From contig NW_024704743.1 in the NCBI RefSeq assembly GCF_018977255.1, positions 75,270,001 to 75,334,000 of the forward strand: a DNA stretch of 64,000 nucleotides, given 5' to 3'. The notes under the pieces were generated by a model that was not told the DNA's origin, searched no databases, and worked only from the letters and a program-made list of their open reading frames with translations. The position numbers and the translations under genes are program-made. Below are positions 53,424-64,000 of this stretch, piece after piece. Source of the DNA: Callorhinchus milii. Lineage: Eukaryota. The stretch's first letter is position 1. The number at the start of each line of letters is the position of its first letter.

Positions 53424-56400
53424 AGCAGCTTTATTTATGCTGGATACTCTTCTGCCATTCCCTTGTACTGCAAAAATCAGCATACAGCACACATATTAGT
53501 TTATTGAACACACAACAATATAGTGTGTCAAATCAAATAAATGTATATTATTCAGGTCTTTACTGTTTCCGTTTGATCTGTAGAATCCCACTTTGTGTTA
53601 TAGTGAGCCAAGATAGCAGGATTTACTCCAGTCGGTGCGCAGGGCACATGCTAGCCATTTTCTGCATTAATAGAAAAAATAACTGACTTCTGCGTCCGTG
53701 AAACTTCAACAACAACAAAATTACATTTATAGAGCACCTTTCACGTCCCAAGGCACTGGACAGTCAGGGGTCAGGACCCGAGCATGGGGGAGGGGTGGGG
53801 TGGGGGTGAGGGAAGGCAGAGAGGTGGGAGGGTGACTGAAAGCACGATCGAAGAGGAGGGTCTTGAGACCGGCCTTGAAGGAGGCAAGGGAGGAAGCGAG
53901 GCGAAGGGACTGTGGGATGGAGTTCCGTTCAGAAGCACATCAATGTGGGAAGTGACTTCAACAACAGCCTAATGAAACAGTAGCTGGCCATATTAGTGCA
54001 AAAAGCTGGCTGTCACACAGGAAATGAGTGGACAGGCAGTGCACTAACAAGCAGTGAATGGCATCCACAGGGTAACAGTTATAATTTATTTGTGTTATAA
54101 TGAACTGCATTATAATGGGGCTGTACTGTATACAAAAATCAAGGATTATTTTTACTATTGTACTATGAAGCTTAGACTCTTTATGATGTGTATTTCAAAT
54201 TAATTTCTGTTGACAGTATGATTCAATAAATAACAGTGAAACATTCAAACCTGGCTCCCTCTCTCCAAAACACATTTCAAACTTTGCTTTTACTGAACCA
54301 ACTTCATAGTGTTCCTGTTGTATTGTTCTTCCTTGAAAGGCCAGTAGGAGACAGACTAACTGCACAGAAGGATTGGTTTTCTTATGGGATAATATTACCT
54401 AGTGGCTTGACACATATGCCAGACACTGAACTGGTGAAATTAATTGTCAAAATGAACTAACTTCTTGTCCACTGGATTATCAGTCAAAAGAATGGAATGT
54501 CAAAATGCCCGATTTGAGGCAAATGCTAAAAAAAATAGAAGTGATGATGATTAGGGTCTTTGAACTTGAAGCAGAGATTACAAAACAAACTGAGACATGT
54601 TAGTCATGGGAAGAAGAACATACAGGAGCCACTGGAAAATACATTATTCCATTGGAATCTAAATTGTAAGATTTGTAAGGAATTGATAAATAGCAAATCC
54701 TAGATGGATTGCAGATGACCCACTGGAACGCCACTTGGACTTCAATTTCCACTCCGACTTCCAAGAAGTTTGCGGCCAAGTGGAAATCCAGAGGTCGGCC
54801 ACAATATACTCAGGGTTTCCCACTTACAAATCTTTTTGCAAATCTCATATTGTCCAGTAAAGCAGTCAGTAGCACTCTCTAGCACTAAGTTACTAAAAAT
54901 GGTAGTTTAAACGTGTTGAATATGTCAGGCACGGGGCTGGACTGATGAAAACTGTGATCTCTGACATTTTTTTGTAGTGTGACCTTGCGTTAAAAATGGA
55001 ATCACGGTGCAAGTAGCTTATACGTCAGCTTTCTTTGGTAAGATAACCAATAGTCAAAGGTAAAATGAGGTTCAGATTCAAAACTTAAGTAATATTTCCA
55101 CTGTTTGCACATTTAACCTAATGTTCAACTACAAAATACAGTCCAGTTGTTACACTTTACAATATATCCAGTGAACCATTGTGAGACGTCCTCCCGATGT
55201 GAAAGGAGCTATATCAAATACTAGGATTTTAAAAATATTTTAATCCTCACTGTACTAGCAAACATCTTAAAAAAAGAGAATCCAAAAGTCACTTGTTTGC
55301 TCCTCAAGATAAACATGATAGGCACCACTGTATCTAAATATAAGACTTAATCCAAGATCCTTACTCAGATTGAACAGTATTGGAGATCTGACAATGTCAG
55401 AAATTGCACTTCGATTAGATAAAATGCAATCTGAATCACTCTGAACTGTAGATTTATTATACGTTGCTTGCCAAATGTTTTTCAGTTTATCAAAGATTGT
55501 TTTTGATGGATGTCAATCTTGAGGTTCTTTTTCCTGTTGCAGATAATAGTTTGAAGATAAATAGCCGCCAGAGATACTTTGAAAGATTGCTCGGAGAATT
55601 CCCTTTGATGGGGTCGTCTAAACAGCAAAGAGTGACTCAACATTCAGTGGCTCATCAACACATTCAAATCTGAACCTATCTCCAGGTCTATTGGTTGTGT
55701 CCATTAACACCAATATTTTACTACACCCTGGGTATGACAGGAGGTTTGCCCAATGATAACCAAATCACACTTTGCAGGTTCAGTCCCAGATGCCAGTAGG
55801 CACGTCCCTACAGATTGTCCTGTTTTCTGGTCAAAGTTGAAATATCAACATCAGCTTCTCTGCAAGAGGGCTTTACACGAACCCAGAGAACTTCTCCTGA
55901 GACATGCATATATTCCTGAAGAACCTCTTTTGGGTCATGGATTACATAATTGATCGATCATGAGATTGGGATTTGATTAGATGGCTCTTGTGGAGAAAAA
56001 AAACACCAGTGCAGATTGGTGAACCCACTTGGTGTGTTCTGTTGTGATTCTATTTGGATAAATATTTGTAACCAAATTTTTCCAAGTTGACATTTATCTA
56101 ATACAATAAACCTATTTGAATATATCGTTGAAATACTTAAATGAATTCATGTGGCAGATTTTCGTTAAGTAATGACATTTAAAACTGCTCTTGGGATCTT
56201 GAAATTGCATTATTTTAAACATTCATATTGTGGCTTGAAACCTATGCTCTCTTTTTCCCTCTTTTTTCATACCAATTTCCCCAGATAAAATCAATCATTC
56301 ACTTCATAGCTATTTGTGGGACTGTGCACAAATGGGCTGTTGTGTTTGTTGTGTTTGTGTTTTATATTTTCTACAAATATACAGTAACTACACTTTACAG

Positions 56401-58119
56401 CAAATTCTATGAAGCATTTTAAGATTTTTTGATGACTTGATTAGGTGCTATATCAAGTGCAAGGATTATTATAGGATTATTAAAATCACAGTTTTAAGAG
56501 GAGATATACTTTTATATGGAGGTTATGTGAGAAGGATAAAATTGAAGTAAAAATTACACAAACTCCCTATTTGGAATAATGCAAATCCCTACAATTAATA
56601 ACTTGATTTTCTCAACCCATGAGAAAAGAGTTTATTATTCAGTAAAACTTTGGATCTCAAAAAACAGTAAATGAAGTCAAAAACAATCCTCATTTAGGAT
56701 TCCTTCGCATCAAAATCTTCAGACAAAGTACAAAAAAATGATTTGATCATAAACTTTTACTTTTAGTGAATATACTCAGGCCTGTGTGCTCTGACCCTGA
56801 TGCGAATTTCTGTAACAATTTGCATTTACATAGCCCTTCATGCAGGGTAGTATCTCAAAACGCTGTAGTGTCAGGGGTAAACCCTGGATATGGGGAGTTT
56901 GGTGAATGTGAAGATACAGGAGGCGGAGTTGAACTTTGTGGATGGTGGAAATGGGGAGATTAGCAAGGAGTGCTACTCTGGAAAGAGTTAAGTGCAGAAA
57001 CTCAAAGACAGTTCCGTTCAGGACTCGTCAGAAGCATTTCAGTGTGTGGAACAACACTCTATCTCTCAAGTAATCTACAGCGGATAAATTACAAAAACAT
57101 GAATTGTTTGACTTGTTTTATCTTTCCCCCAGTGCTTCTGAAACAAGCGGGCTAATCGTTCTATCTTCCTTCAGCACACATTTCATATATTTCTGATAGA
57201 GCAGTACTAGGATCTAATTTCAAATGTCTGTAGTTCCTCTTTCATACCACAGCCACTGCTCCTCATGGACACCCACAAACTGTAGATTTCTGATGCCGCT
57301 TCATTGGAACTAATGACTGTTTTTGCAGCAATGCCACTTGAAGATGATCAAATAAAAAATAAAAAAACAGTAAGCAGGTTGGAATCTGCAGCAAAGCAGC
57401 TGGCAGATTGCTTATCAACAAAAACGCACAATATCCTGGCTATAAGATCAATATCAAAGAGAGTGAGCAACAACTAAAGCAATGGCTGAACCAGCAGTTT
57501 CATGCTTATTTAGAAGATATTACATTTTTGGCTGGAATTTGCTGCTCTGATAAGGATTCTCACGAAAAGGTGTCCTCTTAAAAGCTTATCTGCTGAAGGC
57601 ATCAGTGCATAATAGGTCACATAATAGAACTCTTAATTGAAAGCTAGACCTCTGGGTTAGTGAAGGACATTTTAAAATACTCTATGAGCACAGCAGTTAG
57701 AATTTAACACAAAGCTCATTGGGCACGGGGTAAAAACATGTTATAATTTGATTTCAATGACAAAACAGAAACATGGAACAATACAGGAGGAACTGAAACT
57801 GAAACTTTACTGTTTCTAACAGTATAAATGTAAAGTTGAATGCAAGCATGCATACATAGATTACCCATTGAATATGAACATATGAAAGAACTTGAATTTT
57901 TATATCCCTTATCATGACACAATGCTTCAATGCGTTTCACAGTAGTTATCAAATGTAGTGATTATTTTGTAGGCAATCACAGTAAGATAGGAAAGAAAGG
58001 AAGCAGGAAATAAAAAAACATTAATGACATCAAATCTTCTACTTTCACAGTCCGAGGAAGGATAGGCTATTGTGAAAATCACCCACTTGTTTTATCTGCT
58101 GAGGAGAGTTAATGTATTG

Positions 58120-59460
58120 CATCTCCCATAGAAGTTTGCAGTACGGAAGAAGACACATTCAGCCCATTGTGTCTATGCTGGTTCTTTGAAAGAGCAATCC
58201 ATTCAGTCCCAAATGCATGTCTTTTTCCCATACTCTTGCCAATTACTCATTTGTAGATATCTATTTAGTTCCCCCTTGAAAGCTACTGTGGAATCTATCT
58301 TTATCCCCCACTTGGGGCAGAACATTCCACATCCTAGCAGCTCTCCTTGTAAACAAATCCTCCAAATCTCCCCTGTACTCCTGCATAATAGGTCACATAA
58401 TAGAATCTCCCTTGTGCTCCTGCGCTAATTAATTTAAAGTGATGCTTTTAGTCACTGACTCACCAACCAATGGAAATAATGTTTCCATATCGACTCTATC
58501 AAATCCCCTCATAATACTAAAGACCTCTATCAGGTCTCCCTTCAACCTTCTCTGTTCCAGTGAAAATAGGTCAATTTCCTCTACTTTTTGACATGGGTCA
58601 AACCACTCTTCCCCGGATATCATGCTAATAAATCTCTTCTCCACCCTCTCTATGGCCATGATATTCTTCCTAAAGTGGGATGACCAAAACTGAGCACAAT
58701 TCCCTAACTGTGGTCTAATTGTTTATATTAGTTAAGCATCACCTCTCTTTGGTTTTATATTCTATGGCCAGATTTATAAAACCCTGAAGCCTATTAGCTT
58801 TCTTCACAGCTTTGTCCACCTACCTTTGACCTTTAAAAAATTATTTATGTTAACCCTCAGGCCTCTCTGGTATTCTACACATTTTATTTTTTGTTAGCAT
58901 TTGGCTTATACTCGCTCTCTTTATTCTTTCTCCCAAAATATATAATACCTGTGTTCCCTAATAGTAATCAAGCCAAACATGCACAGTACCCTAATTTCTC
59001 CACCAATCACAACAACAACAAATTACATTTGTAAAGGGTCTTTCATGTTGGGAGGATGTCCCAAGTCTCTGGGATTTGGCCCTGAGCTGGGAGTAGGGAT
59101 CGGGGAGGTTTGGTGGGTGGCCGAAGGTGCGGTCGGAGGGTCTTGGGATGTGCCTTGAAGGAGGTAAGGGAGAGAGCAAGGTGAAGGGACTGTGGGATGG
59201 AGTTCCAAAGGATGGGGACAGAAAGGCTGAAGACCCGACCACTGATGGTGGGGCGGGCTGGGCAGGGAACATGGAGCAGGCCAGAACCTGTTGAGCGGAG
59301 AGAGCGGACAGGTTGATCTAGGGTTAGCACATCACAGAAGAAAGAAAGGGCAAAACCATGGAGGATCTTGAAGATGAGGATGAGGGGAAAGGCAGTGCAG
59401 TGATAGAGCCTTGCAATGTTTTGGAGGTGGGGGCAGGCAGAGCAGGTCATGGCATGGATC
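58120..59460 (-). mobile_element. CR1 fragment (about 58120-58950) and L2 fragment (about 59010-59460)
   Basis: LFSLEQRRLKGDLIEVFSIMRGFDRVD (CR1); IFKILHG and ILWNSIPQSLHL (L2). Confidence 0.85.
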
Positions 59461-59710
59461 ACATTAATCCTCTCATTAGTTAATGAATGAAAACAATTTC
59501 AGCCCTGTAACAACTGTACAGCTCTAAGCCTGGTCTAAGCTAATATAAACTTGATGTTCTTCTCTGAACTCTCCAACAGTTCATAGGCCTTTCAAGGTAG
59601 GGTGCACAAACCTGCACACACCCTATTCACTTGCTTGTGATTGATACCAGATTAAAATAACTTATTTTCACAAAACCAAATACTCAAGATACAACCTGAT
59701 ATCCTGTAGA

Positions 59711-60035
59711 AGTCCTGTAGCTCAGTGGTTAGAGCACTCGCTTTGCAAGCGAGAGACCTGAGTTCAATTCCAGACAGGGCGAAACCTTGGACAAGTTTCC
59801 TTACTCCACATGCCTAATAATAATCCCTCCAAAAAAAACAATAATAAATTGGTCATTTTCAATCTACGACTGTTTGTGGGACATTGCTGTGCGCAATTGG
59901 CTGCCGCGTTCGCCCACAAATATACAGTCAATTCACTTTACAGTATATTCTGTGAAGCCCTTTGGGACGTCTAGAAGACATGAAATATCAAATGCAAAAT
60001 GCAATATATCAAATGCAAGGATGGTTATTATTATA
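59711..60035 (+). mobile_element. tRNA-derived SINE, short subfamily, near full length
   Basis: A box TAGCTCAGTGG, B box AGTTCAATTCC, anticodon arm CTCGC-TTTGCAA-GCGAG. Confidence 0.9.
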
Positions 60036-60399
60036 GTATTTGATCAGCTTTGTCGAGAGCAGCTTCCGATTATCTGGATATCTTCAGTAATTGTCCAACA
60101 ATTCACACCTTAATCATTTTGTCTCTTTACTTCTGTTGATGGACACTATTGTGTGTCTATGTTTATTTTTTTTTGCATTACTATGTTTTATGGTTTATTG
60201 ACTTGCTGAATGGTATTGGAATCAAAATCAGAGGAAGATTAGATAACATATTTGGCCTGTGCAGGAGCTAGATCATCTACCGTAGATATTTTTCCAATCC
60301 AATTCTTTTGTTTTTACTACCTAACCTTTAATATTGTTAATGTTAGTTATCCTCTATTGTTCACCTGGCCATATGGTTCAGTATCATTAGCAACTTTTG

Positions 60400-61135
60400 T
60401 AATATTATAAAAAGTCTGCTTTTCCAAGTCATTGATGAATCTTGCAAACAGCAAGAATAGACTGGTGAAACCCATCTGCTCACTTCCCTTCCCACAATGG
60501 AGCTTTTTCTATCTAATATTTATTCTTCTGATTCCTCATTGTCAGTTTCAGTCTGTCACTAACTTGACATTTTGTTCTGAGCTTTAAGCTTCTTTAAAAG
60601 TCTCATATGTGGAACTTTAGCAAATGCCGTCTGAAAATTCAAGGAAATAATATTCACTACATTGTCCTCATACATTAGTTTAGTCACTTCTTCAAAGAAT
60701 TTAAGTAGATTTATGAGACTTGTTCCTAAATCAATGTTCCCATATCCATGTTCCCTATTCTTTCCAGTATCTGCGCTCTCAGGCAAATCCGGATACATCC
60801 TGTCAAACCTTTAATAATTACTAAATTTAGATCCCATGTTAGAGCTGAACATGTGCTGTTTCTGTAACTTGCCTGGAGAAGAACATTACAACAACAACAA
60901 CTCCACGGAGGGTGGGGTCCCGGAGCGCGTGACAGTGGAGGAGCGGGACGCCGAGCCATGGGGAGGGGGAGGTGACCGTAGGCATGGTCGAAAAGGAAGG
61001 TCTTTAGACGCAACCTGAAGATGGAGAAGGAGGGGGCAAGGTGGAGGGATAGAGGAAGAGTGTTCCAGAGTTTCCGGGAGTAGTGGCTGAACATGCAGCC
61101 ATCGATGGTGGAACAGAGGATGCGTGGGACAAGCA
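60400..61135 (-). mobile_element. CR1 RT fragment (about 60400-60830) and L2 3' end (about 60888-61135)
   Basis: LINLLKFFEEVT...FQTAFAKVPHMRLLKKL (CR1); KLWNTLP and LKTFLFDHAY (L2). Confidence 0.82.
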
Positions 61136-63539
61136 GACAATGTTCAGATAACAGCAAAAAGCATTATTCAGATGCACTTATTGCTGCTGCACAATATTGA
61201 AAGACATAGGCATAGGGTTACATTGGCTTCTTTGCTGCAGACCCATGGGGAGGAGGGAATGAGAAGATGCAGTCTGACAGGGAGGGTATATGTGTTGCGT
61301 GGTGGACATCTAGAGATGGATGGATATTTTAGATTTTTTTCTTAATCGCCTTTGCAGATCAGTGAGCATCTATTTAGAAAACTGGAATCACATGGTTTTG
61401 TTTGGTCTGTGATAGGAAGGAGTGAACTTGATGGACCGAACAATCTTTTCTTATTTCAAATAGTCCTGTTTTCTCATTCTGGAATACAGACCATTCATTG
61501 TTTTAGAAGAAAAAACTTCTTAATAGAAACCAATAGCTGGTCTGAGGTCAACGTGCATAAGATGTCCATTGATGTTACAGTTTACTTGGCACCACTACTT
61601 AGTTCATCCTCCACTGGATAAACACAAAGCTTTTTATTAGGCGTTTGTAAAAACATATGTCTAAATGTAAAACAGGCTCCCACCTAATATGATTGTATAA
61701 ATAGACCGCATTGTCTATTTCTCAAGCACTAGTGGGATTGTGGGACTTATCACAGCTGTTTGAAAGGGAGTTGAAGATATTATTCAAATTTCTTCATGCT
61801 AAAACAACAACTGCTTTCATCTTTCAAATTATCAGCATTCCATCAAATTCAAATACCACAGACTACTCACAAGGTTATTTTCACACTTTAGTCCAAATGA
61901 ATGTGAGACTCTTTTCATGATCTGTCATGCAATGTGTTTGGATGTGCCAATACTACTATGCCTAAACTTCAAGCCCTTCTAATCTAAACCGTGTCTGCTG
62001 TAAAGTTTTGAAGCAGAAAGATAACTTATCAATGGTTTGGGCCCAAATTGTGCAGAAATTAAACATAATTTTAAAAACAGAAGTGGTTGATAAAGCTTGC
62101 TATTTGTCTATATGCTGTAGCAATTATTTTATTATTTAAACACTGTTAAGAGAGAAACCTTTCAAACTTTAAGATGTATGTAACAATTGAGCAATATCTG
62201 CTTTGCAGATTTTGTGATTATTGAGTGAAAAATGTAGAATCATAAACCTTCCCCTGTTCGATGTGTTATCTTTCACTGCGTGTTACATGCAATCATTCCA
62301 TTTTGCAATTGTACCAATATTTTGAAACCACAGTGCTGTAAGATCTATAGCAATGATATCAAACATTGAGAATATACCTAACTCATATTTCGCCCACAAA
62401 ACATACATAAACAGTATATTCTGCGAAGTGCTTTGCGACATCTCGAAGACATGATCAGGCGCTATATCAGATGCAATGATTATCTTTATTATTATAACTG
62501 AAGAATAATTATAGTAATGATACAGACACCTGGCATTAACTGGTGTAGAACATCGCAGGCATTCGCAACAACAACAACTTTCACTTATATAGTGTCCTCC
62601 ACGTAGGGGTAGCATCTCAGAGCCCAGAGAATATCCAAGAGAATATCCAAGATCTTGGAAATTAAACATAGATTTCTATATACAAATAATTATTTGTTAA
62701 ACATAAGCCTGAAATTCAACCTAATTTTAACCTATAAAGGCATTTTGTGATAACTTTTAAGATCACAGTGAATTGTGACATACTCTTAAATGCAGTTAGC
62801 ATTTGGAAACCACTTATTTTTAGGAACTCTGGAAATAAACTTCCAAATTAAAAGCAAATTTCAGGATTTTCCACAATTCTGTGCGATCAAAAATTTTAAG
62901 ACAAAAAAGTCTTACTGACTATGGCAAGGAGGAATTTTACTCCATCTTTTTTAAATAAATGGCCAATCTGGTTTTGTATTTTTGAGAAGGGCAATGTAAT
63001 ATTTCATAATAAAATGAAGGGAAATTAATGTGTTATCCAAAATATGTGATTGCTTCTGTAATTGCAAAACCCAGTTTACTGTAATTCTCATTTAATGGGT
63101 TACGAATGATAAGCTCCTCAACAAAAGTTCCTGCTTCTTAGAAATATCTTAAACAGGTTGTAAAGTAAAAACACGTGTTTTACCACTTCAACGACATGCA
63201 GCCATTTGTGACAAAACAAATTTGACTAGTTAGTCATTTCATAAACAGGTCATCATCAAGGTCCAGGTTTTGACTTCAAACCATAAGCATACACATTTAC
63301 CTTGTAGAGGAACAAGAAAAGGCAAAATCTAAACTTCCACGTAATAGCAATAAGGAACTGTAAAAGGGAGAACCAAAACTGTTGCAAATTGTTAATCACA
63401 ACAATGTTCTTTTGAAGAAAGAATGAGCCACATGGAGTTACTGACTGCATTTAGTAATCAAATTAATCTTTAGGGCTTTTGATTCCCTCATTATTAATAA
63501 TGATATGTAATAGTAAATAATCCTTAAATTAATATATTT

Positions 63540-63840
63540 TGGATGAGACATTAAACCGAGGATCCATCTGCTTGCTCAAGTGGATGTTAAAAATCCCATG
63601 GCACTGTTCGGAAAGGGAAGGGAATCTCTCTCAGTGTTCTGGCCTGCAATCCCCCAAAATAAAATTGGTCACTCACTTCATGGCTGTTTGTGGGCACTGC
63701 TGTGTGCAAACTGGCTGCTGTGATTCGTCCACAAAATACTCAGTCAACCCACTTTACAGTATATTCTGTGAAGCGCTTTGAGACATCTCAACAGTGTGAT
63801 GAAGCGCTATATCAAATGTAAGGATTATTACTATTATTTT
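63540..63840 (+). mobile_element. Deu-type SINE with L2-type tail
   Basis: ggatgagacattaaaccgagg...atcccatggcact core; an opposite-strand SINE tail follows to the window end. Confidence 0.72.
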
Positions 63841-64000
63841 TTCTGATAGAGCACCTTATCAGGTTGCCAAAACATCACAAAAGCGCTTCGTAGGATATAC
63901 TGTAAAGTTGATTAGCTATGTATTTCGTAGGCGAACATAGCAGGCAACAACACAACAGCAACAAACAGCAATGTCCCACAAATATCCATGAAGTGAATGA

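Noticed and set aside
37500..64000. GCM2 or other neighbouring gene exons
   Set aside because: No recognisable non-repeat coding sequence found; short exons could have been missed.

Overview
Vertebrate genomic DNA, most likely a cartilaginous fish, possibly a chimaera (inferred only from the repeat content: tRNA-headed and Deu-type SINEs, GC-rich L2 LINEs, CR1 with an ATTCTATG tail). Bases 1-37.4 kb hold an apparently complete minus-strand MAK (male germ cell-associated kinase) gene. I assembled 13 core coding exons by hand from ATG 28176 to TAG 301. All introns are GT-AG, phases are consistent, and the CDS is 1926 nt (641 aa). Three further in-frame phase 1-1 candidate cassette exons sit in the C-terminal tail. 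A CpG-island promoter at about 36.3-37.4 kb carries RFX X-box, YY1 and NRF1-like motifs. Bases 37.5-64 kb show no recognisable host coding gene, only repeats. The most unusual structure is a 1.6-kb inverted intragenic duplication: 12280-13885 copies 25625-27212. It places a stop-containing antisense copy of exon 3 in a downstream intron, so the pre-mRNA could form a long duplex around five kinase-domain exons plus exon 9. A 78-bp candidate equivalent of the human retina-specific MAK exon is followed by a dense UAG (Musashi-type) cluster. I see no evidence for a wholly new multi-gene system. Exon numbers count an inferred non-coding exon 1. Repeat boundaries are approximate and no searches were run.
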